Origin: a virus
IMG/VR virus record: IMGVR_UViG_3300025030_000061
Location: 1-64,000 of that record
DNA: 64,000 nt
Direction: 5' to 3' (one strand)
In this document: in pieces, positions 18,646-28,270 of the stretch
Layout of the letters: every line of letters starts with the position of its first letter
Position numbering within the stretch: position 1 is the first letter of the stretch
Program-made: the position numbers and the translations under genes
The notes under the pieces: model-generated
Seen by the model: only the letters and a program-made list of their open reading frames with translations
Database searches by the model: none
What the model was told of the DNA's origin: nothing

Positions 18646-19206
18646 TCAAGCTCCTGCAGTATCTGGGTCTTCGAGTAGTGCAAGGAGTTCCTCGGTGCTC
18701 TTGTCTTTGAGATCGTTGTCGATTTTGATACTTCTGCCCCAGCGCTCTTTAAACCGGCGCTCCAGGTACCAGGCGACCGCCTGCCATGATTCTTTACCGT
18801 GGGCGCGTATCTGGGCGATGCCCTGAACCTCCGACTCGGCAAGCGCCCTTTTTATGGCGTCCGAAAATTTGACGTATTCTTCACCTTCCCCGCGGGCACC
18901 CAGGCGCATCCATGCGTAGAGAGTATCCTTGCTTATGCCACCGTAAGCTGCGGCCGTCTCCATGAAGGACCCGCCCCTGATGGCGGAGCATATGCTATCC
19001 TGGATCTGCTGCGTTATCTTTGGCGGCCGGCCGCGTCCCTTCTTGTCGTCGTCCTTCTGCTTCTCGGCGAGGACCTTCTTGTCCGGCGCCCTCGGGGCTC
19101 GCTTCCGCTTCGGCTTGGCTTTCGGCTTGGCAGCAGGCTTCTTCGGTGCGGGCTTCTCCGCGGCCGGGGCGGCGCTCTGCTTCTTCGGTGCCTTCGGTTT
19201 GGTCAT
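18646..19206 (-). CDS. terS: terminase small subunit-like HTH protein
   Basis: GRPPKIT..AAAYGGISKDTLYAW..WQAVAWYLERRF; directly upstream of terL. Confidence 0.75.
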   Translation of the reverse strand: MTKPKAPKKQSAAPAAEKPAPKKPAAKPKAKPKRKRAPRAPDKKVLAEKQKDDDKKGRGRPPKITQQIQDSICSAIRGGSFMETAAAYGGISKDTLYAWMRLGARGEGEEYVKFSDAIKRALAESEVQGIAQIRAHGKESWQAVAWYLERRFKERWGRSIKIDNDLKDKSTEELLALLEDPDTAGA

Positions 19207-19263
19207 GGTGCTGTGTCCTCTGGTAAGGGGGATGAAAGCCCCATGCAAGGGGCTTCCAAGGGG

Positions 19264-19854
19264 CTATGCTTCAGGTGTTTCTTCTGCTATCAGCTGGCCG
19301 ATGCCGGTCTCGAACAGGGCCTTGGCTTCCTTGTGCCCCGGGTGCAGGACGCAGAGGCAGTCGTTCTCTTGTTGGAAGGAGCGGCAGACCTCAGGGCGGT
19401 GCTCGTATATGCCACAGAGCCCGTCGCGGCGGACCATCTTGCACCGGAGGTACCAGGCGTGCGTCCCTGTCGTGGTCTGGGCGTGGGCCAGCAGCTCAAA
19501 CGGCAGCGCGCCGTCGGGGTAGTTGTCGATCATATCCTGGGCCTCGATCGGGTCTTCGGTCGCCGGCCATGGCGTTCCCTTAACCCAGAGGGCGAGCTTG
19601 CGGCAGCAGGCACCCAGATCGGGGCAGATGGTGCGGCAGTCGACCTCATGGATCTGGGGGACGAGGTGCGTGCAGTCTATCTCCCTGTATTTGGTTTTGG
19701 AGAAGTCCCTCGGTATCGTGAGGGTTCCCACGAATGCCTGGAGGCGCATGGCCTTGAGCTTCTGGACGCGACGGCCGCGAGCGTTGCGCTTCTTCGTCTT
19801 GAGCTTGCGGAGCATCTTGGTGTGCTGCGGGCCGTATGTTACCTCCTCGATCAT
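19264..19854 (-). CDS. YkgJ-family (CxxCxxCC) metal-binding protein
   Basis: C..C..GACC..C..GLCGIYEHRPEVCRSF. Confidence 0.75.
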   Translation of the reverse strand: MIEEVTYGPQHTKMLRKLKTKKRNARGRRVQKLKAMRLQAFVGTLTIPRDFSKTKYREIDCTHLVPQIHEVDCRTICPDLGACCRKLALWVKGTPWPATEDPIEAQDMIDNYPDGALPFELLAHAQTTTGTHAWYLRCKMVRRDGLCGIYEHRPEVCRSFQQENDCLCVLHPGHKEAKALFETGIGQLIAEETPEA

Positions 19855-19864
19855 ACCTTCTCCT

Positions 19865-20098
19865 CTACCATTGGAATTTAAGTTGCTCGCTCTCGTACAT
19901 CTCCTGGGCCATCCTGTGGGCTCTGCATCTCCTGCGTCTGCGGTGCGCTCGGTCCCGGTTCGTGGTGTCCATGCCTATCGCCTTTCGGCAGGTGCAACCT
20001 ACGCCGACCGCAATGGACTTTGGGGACGTGAGGACCCGGCCGCATATCCGGCAGCGGGTCGCCGCCTTGATCTGGGTGACGAGCACCTGTTCTCCCAT
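19865..20098 (-). CDS. small Zn-finger protein (DUF6011-like)
   Basis: CRICGRVLTSPKSIAVGVGCTC. Confidence 0.7.
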   Translation of the reverse strand: MGEQVLVTQIKAATRCRICGRVLTSPKSIAVGVGCTCRKAIGMDTTNRDRAHRRRRRCRAHRMAQEMYESEQLKFQW

Positions 20099-20109
20099 CG
20101 GCTGCCTCC

Positions 20110-20622
20110 TCAGTGGTGGTCTTCGATGGGCTGCAGGCTGGCCTCGGCCTCTTTCCAGCATTTCAGCCAGGTGCTCTCGACGTATAGGTCGCTGACGGGA
20201 ATGTGCCAGTTGTTCTCCCTGGCCAGCGCGAGGTACATCTTGAACTCGTCCGATGCGCCGCTAAAGTCGGGCTCTGCCGATTCCTCCGGCTCTCCCGGCA
20301 GCGGGATGCGCTGGTATTTGAGGACCGGACGCAGTGTGCCGTTGACGTCCTGCATATCCACCGGCGCGAAGTAGATGCGGGGGTGGTTGTCCCAATGGAA
20401 CACCTCGCTGGTGTCTTCGGCTTGGGCCAGGTACCCGCGCTTGGCGATCTCCGTCACGTCCACGATTATGGACCCGGTCTGCTCCTGGACAAAGGCGGTG
20501 ATGACGTTGTTCTTGTGGTTCACGACCTCCTGGCGCATCGCCTCGATCATCTCAGCGTAGATGCCCTGGGCGGTCAGGATGGTGTTCGCCTGCTTCTTTC
20601 TCTGCCAGTCGTTCTGTGCCAT
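20110..20622 (-). CDS. hypothetical phage protein
   Basis: 170-aa ORF with GAGG RBS. Confidence 0.55.
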   Translation of the reverse strand: MAQNDWQRKKQANTILTAQGIYAEMIEAMRQEVVNHKNNVITAFVQEQTGSIIVDVTEIAKRGYLAQAEDTSEVFHWDNHPRIYFAPVDMQDVNGTLRPVLKYQRIPLPGEPEESAEPDFSGASDEFKMYLALARENNWHIPVSDLYVESTWLKCWKEAEASLQPIEDHH

Positions 20623-21142
20623 CTGGTTGGTTCCTCGCTTTCCTTCGGTTGATGGCTTCCTGCGCCATGGTTCGCACTTCTTCTTCCGGGATCCCGCGCC
20701 CTGGGGCGAATACCTCGCTCATCCAGGACATGAGGCGGATCGCGTTGAACGTTCCGTCGGGGTTCTTGCAGGCCTCCTCGAGGGTTTTGGCCTTCCTGGG
20801 ATCTTTGGTCATTTCCCACATTGTGTTTACTAAGCCGCGGCTTAATCGACCATTCCTGTAGCGGCAATCGGCCTGTGCCGTATCTGATCTATCTTTTGGC
20901 GGTGCCATGCGATGGTTCCACCCAATCCGAGGTCTGCCGGGCACTCCGGGTGTGCAGCCAACTCGACGATGCGGGCGTTCTCCTCAAGAGTCCCGGCCGC
21001 TTCAAGCAGCAAGGCCAGATCATCGGTAACTGCTGGTACTCTTCCAACTATTTCCCTAATCTGCGCTGCGAGCCTGGTGTGTTTTTTCATGGCAGTGCTT
21101 TCTCCTCTGCGAGTTGGTATGCGCTACATGTTGGGCATTACT

Positions 21143-21343
21143 TTAGACGGCGTGGTGGACCTGCTTCCCCTCGGGGACCGGGCCGTTATGCTGTTCCCAT
21201 ACCCAGACGTGCCCTAGCTTTTGTCTGTGCTCCCCTCCGGTCATGCTTTGAGGGAGCACGAACCGGACGTATCCCTTCGGGGTCAGTCTCCATGTTTTGG
21301 CAGGGTAGCCGTAATCGGGCGATGGGTTTGGTTTGCGTGGCAT
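21143..21343 (-). pseudogene. truncated HNH endonuclease remnant
   Basis: GY...HVWVWEQHNGPVPEGKQVHH, then a stop before the N/H residues that complete the HNH motif. Confidence 0.6.
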
Positions 21344-21401
21344 GTCGTGCCTCCTTTGGCTTCATCAGTCGGTGCAACATGCCATGTTTTTTTGATATAC
21401 G

Positions 21402-22886
21402 CTACAGTTTGGCTCGTTGTTTTTCTACCTCTGAAAATGGTATGAGCTTCCCGTTGGGGCCGACCAGTTTTGGCTCCTCGTGGCAGTATTCCCAATACCT
21501 TTTCAGCGACGCTTGGGCGTAGCCTGGGGCGAATTCCATCCCTCTGCCTTTGCGCCCAGTTTTTCGGCAGGTGATGATGGTGGTCCCGCTGCCAGAGAAT
21601 AGGTCTACCACGATCTCCCCTGGGCGGCTGCTCGAACGAAGGTTGCGCTCCACCAGGCGGACGGGTTTCATTGTTGGATGCTCGACGCTCTTGGTGGGCT
21701 TGTCAATCCGGATGATGGTAGTGGGCTCTGCGTTCCTCCGCTCGTTGAGCATCTCGATCAGCTTCTTCTTGTCCATCTTGCCGAGGTCCAGGTCGTCGTC
21801 GATCACCGTGGTCTGTGTGAAGTCCCCTGCGAAGTAGTGCGCTGCGCCTTCCTTCCATCCGTACAGGATGGGCTCGTGCTTGTTGTTGTAGTCGCTCCTG
21901 GCGAGGACCGCGGCGTTCTTGACCCAGATCAGGCACTGCTTCCACATGAGGCCCTTGGTCCCGCAGATCGCGGCGCGGAATACGTCTCCGACTCCTCCGC
22001 CTTCGGCGTGGGCGATGTAGAAGCATCCGCCCTTCTTGAGCAAGTGGTGCACCGAGGAAAAGACCGCATCCAGGAACTTGCGGAAGTCCGCTTCGTTGAG
22101 GTTGTCGTTGTCGATCTTGCCGGCCTTTGTCTCGTAGGCAATGTTGTACGGGGGGTCGCTCCAGAGCATGTCAGCCTTCTCGCCCTGCATGAGCTTGTCC
22201 ACGTCCGCGAGGCTCGTACTTTCCCCGCAGAACAGGCGGCTTTCGCCCAGCAGCCACAGGTCCCCGAGCTTGACGAACGGATCCGGGACGGGTTCGACCT
22301 CCGGGTCCTCGGGTCCGAGTCCTTCCTCCTCGTCTTCTCCCAGGAGCGCCTTGAGCTCCGCGTCGTCGAAGCCGGTCAGGCTCATGTCGTACCCGCTCTG
22401 GTCGAGGTCCTGCAGGAGCGCTGCCAGCATCTCGTCGTCGAAGGCTCCGCCCATCTTGTTGGCTGCGATATTGGCGCCCTTCTCCTTAGTTTCGCTCCAA
22501 GCGACCTCCCGGTAATTGAACCGGCCGTGGGGCGTCTGGATGTATCCGATGGCCACGGTCCCCGTCTCGTCGGTGTGCGGCTCCTTCACGATCTGCCAGT
22601 TCAGGTCGAGCTGCTTGACGCGCTGATGCCCGCCGACGGTGCGGCCGGTCTTCGTGTTGAAGACGATCCCGCCGATGTCGCCGTACTCCTTCATGGAGCG
22701 CTGCAGCACCTCCTGCTGTTCTACGCTGATCACCCTGGGGTTGTATCCCGCCGGCCGCAGGTCGCGGATGTTCTCCGGGTTGATCTCCTCGGCAGGGGTG
22801 GAGGTCATGGCCAGCGCCTTGTCGGGGCTAATCTTCGGCTTCTTGATCTTCTTCGCCTGGGGGCGTGCCTTCTTGTCTACGCTCAT
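21402..22886 (-). CDS. ParB-like N-terminal domain fused to N6A/N4C DNA methyltransferase
   Basis: PAGYNPR..GGHQR (ParB-like); WSDPPY, HPTMKPV, DLFSGSGTT (beta-class MTase). Confidence 0.9.
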   Translation of the reverse strand: MSVDKKARPQAKKIKKPKISPDKALAMTSTPAEEINPENIRDLRPAGYNPRVISVEQQEVLQRSMKEYGDIGGIVFNTKTGRTVGGHQRVKQLDLNWQIVKEPHTDETGTVAIGYIQTPHGRFNYREVAWSETKEKGANIAANKMGGAFDDEMLAALLQDLDQSGYDMSLTGFDDAELKALLGEDEEEGLGPEDPEVEPVPDPFVKLGDLWLLGESRLFCGESTSLADVDKLMQGEKADMLWSDPPYNIAYETKAGKIDNDNLNEADFRKFLDAVFSSVHHLLKKGGCFYIAHAEGGGVGDVFRAAICGTKGLMWKQCLIWVKNAAVLARSDYNNKHEPILYGWKEGAAHYFAGDFTQTTVIDDDLDLGKMDKKKLIEMLNERRNAEPTTIIRIDKPTKSVEHPTMKPVRLVERNLRSSSRPGEIVVDLFSGSGTTIITCRKTGRKGRGMEFAPGYAQASLKRYWEYCHEEPKLVGPNGKLIPFSEVEKQRAKL

Positions 22887-23061
22887 GTTTGTCTCCTGGT
22901 CTGGTACTTCCATCGCTTGTACATATTGTTTCGATCTACCCACTTCGGGATGCATCCGCAGGTGCATGGTGCCGCGTGGCAGACGATCCCGACCGCGCAG
23001 TCGTTGCTGTGGCCATTCCCTCTCACCTTGTCGAACTCTGTGAGACGGTCGAACCCTTCCT

Positions 23062-23619
23062 TTATGCTTCCTTCCTGTGCTTGCCCTGCTTCTTGGTGTA
23101 CTCGGGGTTGTCGACGAGCTGGCCGTGTTCGATGATGATGGGCTTCTGGTTCTCCCCCTTGCTCGGGTGGAGGCGCCAGGTCTTGATGCGGCGCCGGTGG
23201 GATTCGCAGATGCGGAAGGAGACCTGGTGGCCGTCGACTTCCTCGATGTGCTGGTGTCCCTCGTAGGCGGTGTTCTTGCAGCCGTGGACTTGGCAGGCGT
23301 CCTCCGGCTTGCTCTCGATGATCCTGGTCAACGGAAGGCGGAGGCTTTCCTCGATGTACGCTCCGCAGATGACGCAGCTCTTGTCGTGTTCTGCGTGGAT
23401 GTATTCCCTCCCGCGGCTTGTCACCAGGCGGTAGGTGAAGAGGATGCTGTCGCACTTGGGGCAGGTGGGGCATCCCTCGCAGCTGGTCTTCTGGCCTTTG
23501 TACCTGGCGCAATGGAATGTGCGCTTGGTGGGGTCCGTGCTGCTGTGGTGCCGGCAGTTGATGAACTGTCCCCGGATCTGGACCGGGCGTCCGGTCCGGT
23601 TCTTCGTGTCTACGGACAT
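23062..23619 (-). CDS. Cys-rich hypothetical protein
   Basis: Multiple CxxC pairs. Confidence 0.55.
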   Translation of the reverse strand: MSVDTKNRTGRPVQIRGQFINCRHHSSTDPTKRTFHCARYKGQKTSCEGCPTCPKCDSILFTYRLVTSRGREYIHAEHDKSCVICGAYIEESLRLPLTRIIESKPEDACQVHGCKNTAYEGHQHIEEVDGHQVSFRICESHRRRIKTWRLHPSKGENQKPIIIEHGQLVDNPEYTKKQGKHRKEA

Positions 23620-24236
23620 TGCGCTGCCCCTCCGTTTATCCAGGCGTTGAAGTCCCTCAGAAATTCCCGGAACGTGGTCAGGTCGAGGTCTTTGGTGCTC
23701 TTGATGCTGTGCAGGGCCTTGAATGCTTTCTTACAGGATTCGGCGTCGGTCACCTTGATCGGTCCCTGTATCTCGACGTATCTCTGGAACCTGGGGTTTT
23801 TGAAGAAGGTGGAGTGGAGCCCGGTGATTTCCACGGTCCCGACCTTCCCTGGGGCGTTCGGCTTCGGCGCTCCGAGTTGCTTCTGGTCCTCGACGATCTG
23901 CTTGAGGTTTTGCTCGCACTTGCTGATTGAGACACGCACGTTCTGGCCGGTCATTGATGTGAGGTATGGTCCGTGCTTTTTCTGCTCCTCCCAGACCGTC
24001 TCGACCACGAGGTGAAAGCGCCGGCCTTTGGTGCGGACGTCCAGTATGAAAGCCGGGTCGATCTCGATGTTGAGGCCCTCGGGCGTCAGCATGTTCAGTT
24101 TGACGTGACGCTCGATCAGTGCGGTGAGGGCTGCTGCCAGAATCTGGTCGTCGGGCAGCTCGATGATGCAGCGCCAAGCCTTGGCGGCTCGCATCCATTG
24201 GCGATCGAGGAATTTGCATGGTAGGTCTGTGGTCAC
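23610..24236 (-). CDS. hypothetical phage protein
   Basis: 208-aa ORF coupled to the downstream gene. Confidence 0.55.
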   Translation of the reverse strand: MTTDLPCKFLDRQWMRAAKAWRCIIELPDDQILAAALTALIERHVKLNMLTPEGLNIEIDPAFILDVRTKGRRFHLVVETVWEEQKKHGPYLTSMTGQNVRVSISKCEQNLKQIVEDQKQLGAPKPNAPGKVGTVEITGLHSTFFKNPRFQRYVEIQGPIKVTDAESCKKAFKALHSIKSTKDLDLTTFREFLRDFNAWINGGAAQCP

Positions 24237-24270
24237 TGCTTCTCCGTGCTGCCTGGGGATCGCTCTTGAT

Positions 24271-24552
24271 TTACGCCGCCATGCGGAACCCTTCGCCGCG
24301 TACGGTAATGATCGTTTCCTTGCCGAGTTTGGTTCGGAGGTAGTTGATGTACACGTTGACGATGTTGGTGTGCTCCATGGCTCGGCCTTTCCAGATTTCC
24401 TCGAAGATCTCCTTTGTCGTGATTACTCGACCTCTGTTGGCGATGAGGTAGGCCAGGTGCTTCAGCTCAACCAGGGAGAGCTCTATCTCGGTGTCCCCCC
24501 TCACGGCCACCAACTTTACGGGGTGTATGCTGAACGGCGTTTCCTTTTCCAC
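24271..24552 (-). CDS. stand-alone OmpR/PhoB-type winged-helix DNA-binding protein
   Basis: LSLVELKHLAYLIANRGRVIT..IFEEIW..NIVNVYINYLRTKLG..IITVRGEGF; no receiver domain. Confidence 0.85.
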   Translation of the reverse strand: MEKETPFSIHPVKLVAVRGDTEIELSLVELKHLAYLIANRGRVITTKEIFEEIWKGRAMEHTNIVNVYINYLRTKLGKETIITVRGEGFRMAA

Positions 24553-25007
24553 TTTAGTCCTCCTTTTGTTTGGTATGCGCTACACTGTAGGCGCAAGAAT
24601 GCCATTCTAGTGGCATTTCTTGTTTTTACGACGGCAGGTGGGGCAGTGTAGCTTCCTCAGTGTGTCCTGCTGTGCAAGTGTTATCTGTGTCTGCATGAGG
24701 TCGTCGGCTGCATTAAATGCCTGCCTTTGCTCGGGGGTAAGTGTTGCTTTGAACTCTTTAACTTTTGTGGCTATCTCTCGGATCAACTCCTGGCGGTCGT
24801 CAAGGATTTGTGACAGCGTATCCTCCCCCTCGAAGGGACATTCCATTCCTGCGTCCTCCCTTATCTTAATAGAATTACAGGCTTGTGGACTTCTGTGTGA
24901 TCCTTTGTTATAGTCTTTACCCATTAGACGGACTTTGTTATACGCTACACTTCATATCTAGGTCAAGCGTTTTCTGTTGTAAATCTTCCTTTTAATGATT
25001 GGTGCGA

Positions 25008-26414
25008 ATGGCCGCTATATATCTTCACAAAAAAGGCGGGCGCGATGTTTTCCAGATACGCTTCACCCTGTATTTACCCGATGGTAGCCGCAAAACTCGG
25101 TACCGGTATCGTCCAACAAAAAGCGAGGCCACAGATGTCCTGCGTCATGCCGAGTGCATAGAGAGTGGTTCTCGGTCGTGCAATTTGTCGCCTCGTGAAA
25201 TAATCCATGCCCAGCACGACGGCCTGCTCACTGCCGCCGAGGTTCTGATGTTCACTGGAGGGTTTGGGGTCCATGCCGAAAGGCGACGCCTAAGCACTTT
25301 AATGGATCGGTTTCACGAAATGCACCAGGGCCAGTGGCGTCCTCGGTCTAAGCAAAAGCTCGATGAAAGTTTTGGGAAAGTATTTGAGCTTCTGGGCGAC
25401 GTCTACACGGACGAGATCAATCAGGAGATGCTGCTCTCTTTCTTTCAGCAGCTCTCCGGTTACCCGAAGTGGCGGAATCATGCCCACCTGCAATCGCTCT
25501 CTCTGAACAATTGCATGAATTCACCGAATTACTCGCCTATCAGTAGCGCGACCTTCGATGGCATCTGGGCCACCCTGGGGGCGCTCTTGACCTACGGTTC
25601 GGAGAATGGGGAATATGGTATTGCTAGGAATTTTTGCGGGGATCGTATTTTCAGCCTACACCGGAAGCTTTTGGAGAAAACCCGGAACGACGGTGTGGAC
25701 CGGCTCCCCTATAGCAATTCGGATATCCGGCAGTTGATCCTCCGCCTGGGCATGATCGATAAGGTGGCCAATCCGCACATGCTGTGGATCCCCTTGATCG
25801 CCCTGTTCAATGGTATGCGCCAGGGCGAGATCTGCCAGCTCTTTTGCGATGATGTTGTGAAGGTGGACCGGATCATCTGTTTCAGAATTAGGGACTTTTC
25901 GGCTCGGAAGCAGAGCGTAAAAAACGAGGGGAGCTGCCGGACGATCCCGGTTCATCCGACGCTGCTCGGCCTGGGGTTTATGGACTTCGTCGCCTCCCGG
26001 TTGAGGCTCGGCCACGAGCGTCTCTGGCAAGGCGTAAAATCTCGAAAGGTGGAATACTACGAGAAGCAGGACAACTATTCTCACTATTTCGAAAAGTGGT
26101 ATAACGACACTTTTAGAAAATATGTGATCTTGGAGCCGAAAGATCGAAAGCGGAAGCCGTTCCATTCGCTTCGGCATACCTTCATCAACTGGTTCTTCCA
26201 GAATGTTCGGTCGCAGGATCGGGACAATGCTGCGGTGAAAAGCCTGGTCGGGCATCTCGAATCCGACGAGCACAAGATGATCGACGCTCTGCTGAAAGGG
26301 ATAAGTTGGGAGGTCTATAGCCAACAATTAACTCCTAAGCCCTTGCTGAAAACATTAGAGCTGTTAAACTTTAATGTTGATCTGTCTTCTCTCAATTTGC
26401 CGGCGAAGTGGTAG
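25008..26414 (+). CDS. int: tyrosine recombinase / integrase
   Basis: GMRQGEICQL (R), VKN..RTIPVH (K), FHSLRHTF (HxxR), LVGH, VYS (Y); N-terminal arm-binding-like segment. Confidence 0.92.
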   Translation: MAAIYLHKKGGRDVFQIRFTLYLPDGSRKTRYRYRPTKSEATDVLRHAECIESGSRSCNLSPREIIHAQHDGLLTAAEVLMFTGGFGVHAERRRLSTLMDRFHEMHQGQWRPRSKQKLDESFGKVFELLGDVYTDEINQEMLLSFFQQLSGYPKWRNHAHLQSLSLNNCMNSPNYSPISSATFDGIWATLGALLTYGSENGEYGIARNFCGDRIFSLHRKLLEKTRNDGVDRLPYSNSDIRQLILRLGMIDKVANPHMLWIPLIALFNGMRQGEICQLFCDDVVKVDRIICFRIRDFSARKQSVKNEGSCRTIPVHPTLLGLGFMDFVASRLRLGHERLWQGVKSRKVEYYEKQDNYSHYFEKWYNDTFRKYVILEPKDRKRKPFHSLRHTFINWFFQNVRSQDRDNAAVKSLVGHLESDEHKMIDALLKGISWEVYSQQLTPKPLLKTLELLNFNVDLSSLNLPAKW

Positions 26415-26591
26415 GTTTGTCTTTTTGGTGTCCGGTTGTGGTGGGGGAGACTTTTTCCTGCGAAGTATCGCGCCGTTACCTGGTTTGTGGTTCGATCCCC
26501 ACTATCCACCCCAATTTATTTTTTTCTCTTCCGCTGGTTGGCCGGATTCATTAATGTGTCGCCCATCGGGGCGAGGTAGCAGTATGCAGCC

Positions 26592-26676
26592 GCGAGAGTG
26601 GCGGAATTGGCAGACGCACTAGACTTAGGATCTAGCTCCTCACGGAATAGGGGTTCAAGTCCCCTCTCTCGCACCA
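26592..26676 (+). tRNA. tRNA-Leu (anticodon UAG)
   Basis: GCGAGAG/CTCTCGC acceptor stem, CTAGA-CTTAGGA-TCTAG anticodon arm, long variable arm, GGTTCAAGTCC T-arm, encoded CCA. Confidence 0.95.
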
Positions 26677-26830
26677 GATGAGATTCCTTAAGCCTTTCAG
26701 TACCGTAGCCTGGGTGTTGTATAGGCTTTTTGTCGGCTCCATGTAGTTGGTATACGCTTCATGTGAGAATCTGCTCCTTAGCCCGCGTTTTTTGTCTTTT
26801 CTTTGTCCGCAGCACCATAAGGGAGGCTTT

Positions 26831-27400
26831 ATGGAATTTAACCGATTGATCCGTGAGCGTCGTGTTGGTTTGGGCCTTGGGGTCCGTGAGACGGCAAGGT
26901 TGACCACCCAATCGTTTGTGCCTTCTCCTATCAAATCCGCCGTGTACATCTCCCGACTCGAAGAGGGCCGGTCTGCCGATATGCCTGTGGACTCTGTCAC
27001 CATCGACAAGATGTGGGGCCTGGGCACTGTTTTGCTGATTAATCCCTTCGAGCTCTTTCTGAGGAGCCGGGGGCGTGAGGACTTAATGGCTTCTCTGTCG
27101 AGGTTCACTGTTCGGGACTGCACCGAAAAGGATTTCGGTAATTTCGTCCGCGGCCGTCGAGCGTTCCTGGATCTTTCGATGCGCGAGGCTTCGGCTCTCT
27201 CGGTTCCCTGGTCAGTCTCCACAGGCTATTGGTCCCAGATGGAAACCGATTTCAGAAGCTGCGCTGCGAAGATTTCCGGGGAGAAGCTCTGGGGGATAGC
27301 CGTGGCTCTGGATGTTGATCCGCTGCTCCTGTATGTTTTGTCTCGGAACATCGATCCGCGCTATCTCAACTCAGCTTCTCGGGATCGTCTGTTTTCCTAG
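26831..27400 (+). CDS. tandem double XRE-HTH regulator (candidate repressor)
   Basis: Two homologous halves: FNRLIRERR..VRETA..YISRLE..KMWGL..NPFEL and FGNFVRGRR..MREAS..YWSQME..KLWGI..DPLLL. Confidence 0.75.
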   Translation: MEFNRLIRERRVGLGLGVRETARLTTQSFVPSPIKSAVYISRLEEGRSADMPVDSVTIDKMWGLGTVLLINPFELFLRSRGREDLMASLSRFTVRDCTEKDFGNFVRGRRAFLDLSMREASALSVPWSVSTGYWSQMETDFRSCAAKISGEKLWGIAVALDVDPLLLYVLSRNIDPRYLNSASRDRLFS

Positions 27401-27480
27401 CCTGGCAGTTCCTATCATATCATTTTACGCCAAGGTCTTTTTCTACCTGTAACGCAGGATCATATTTTGGGAGGGATGCC

Positions 27481-27753
27481 ATGAAACGGATCGACGCAGA
27501 ATACGCTGGCAATAAATACACGTTTCGCACGAATAACGACGGATCCTATCTGTTTGTCGGAGTAGGCGAGAATCGGCAGATCAGTTGCGAATCTGGTTTC
27601 GATTCGCTGCGTCGGATCAAACGCGCCATATCGGACCACATAAAGGGCGACCGAGAAAACCGGGAGTGGCTGCAGGCTGGTCGCGTCAATATGGGCGTGG
27701 CCGAACCGCGCATCAAATACCACATACCGGATCCGACGGTCTGGAAATCTTAA
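27481..27753 (+). CDS. hypothetical protein
   Basis: 90-aa ORF with GGAGG RBS, followed by a terminator. Confidence 0.55.
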   Translation: MKRIDAEYAGNKYTFRTNNDGSYLFVGVGENRQISCESGFDSLRRIKRAISDHIKGDRENREWLQAGRVNMGVAEPRIKYHIPDPTVWKS

Positions 27754-27769
27754 TCGATAACGTCCTTCT

Positions 27770-27794
27770 GCCCCTCATCAAGAGGGGCTTTTTT
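27770..27794 (+). terminator. rho-independent terminator
   Basis: GCCCCTC-ATCAA-GAGGGGC-TTTTTT. Confidence 0.8.
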
Positions 27795-27896
27795 GTCCCG
27801 ATTTTCCCTTCTGCTTCTCCTAGTCTTTCATCCTTCGCATCATTCTGCATTTGTGGCTTTCCTCTCCCGGGAGGTGTGTCATGCCGGGCAAAAATT

Positions 27897-27925
27897 TTGA
27901 CATTGTAACTGGACGCGGCTATGGT
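27897..27925 (+). promoter_or_regulatory. sigma70-type promoter
   Basis: TTGACA-17 bp-TATGGT. Confidence 0.6.
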
Positions 27926-27932
27926 CGCCTCC

Positions 27933-28220
27933 ATGCTCTTGCTTCCTAAGCCCACCACCGAGGAGTGTCCCGAGTACCTGGAGTGGATCCGCACGCTGCG
28001 GTGTGTCCGCCGGCATTGGGGTCCTTGCCATGCTCACCACCAGCCGAAGGTTGGCGGTGGATCCATGGGGATGAAGGTTTCGGACTTCCGAGCCCTGCCC
28101 TTGTGTCCCGCGTGTCACGATGCCTACCATCGCAATGGCCGGTCCACCTTCTGGGGCTCAACGGATTTTGAGGAGCTGATCCTCCAGTTCAACCTGGAAT
28201 TTTTTTTGCGCACTGTGTAG
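27933..28220 (+). CDS. DUF968-like Zn/HNH-type protein
   Basis: YLEWIRTLRC..AHH..GMKVSDFRALPLCPACH..H. Confidence 0.7.
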   Translation: MLLLPKPTTEECPEYLEWIRTLRCVRRHWGPCHAHHQPKVGGGSMGMKVSDFRALPLCPACHDAYHRNGRSTFWGSTDFEELILQFNLEFFLRTV

Positions 28221-28270
28221 CGCATATCATACCCTCCCCTTGAGGGGGAGGGTCCAACATGGAGGTTTAT

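Noticed and set aside
26592-26676. tRNA-Leu(UAG) as the prophage boundary paired with 45407-45459
   Set aside because: The two sequences differ in anticodon, stems and variable arm, so they are not a direct repeat. They are also on opposite strands, and phage genes lie on both sides.
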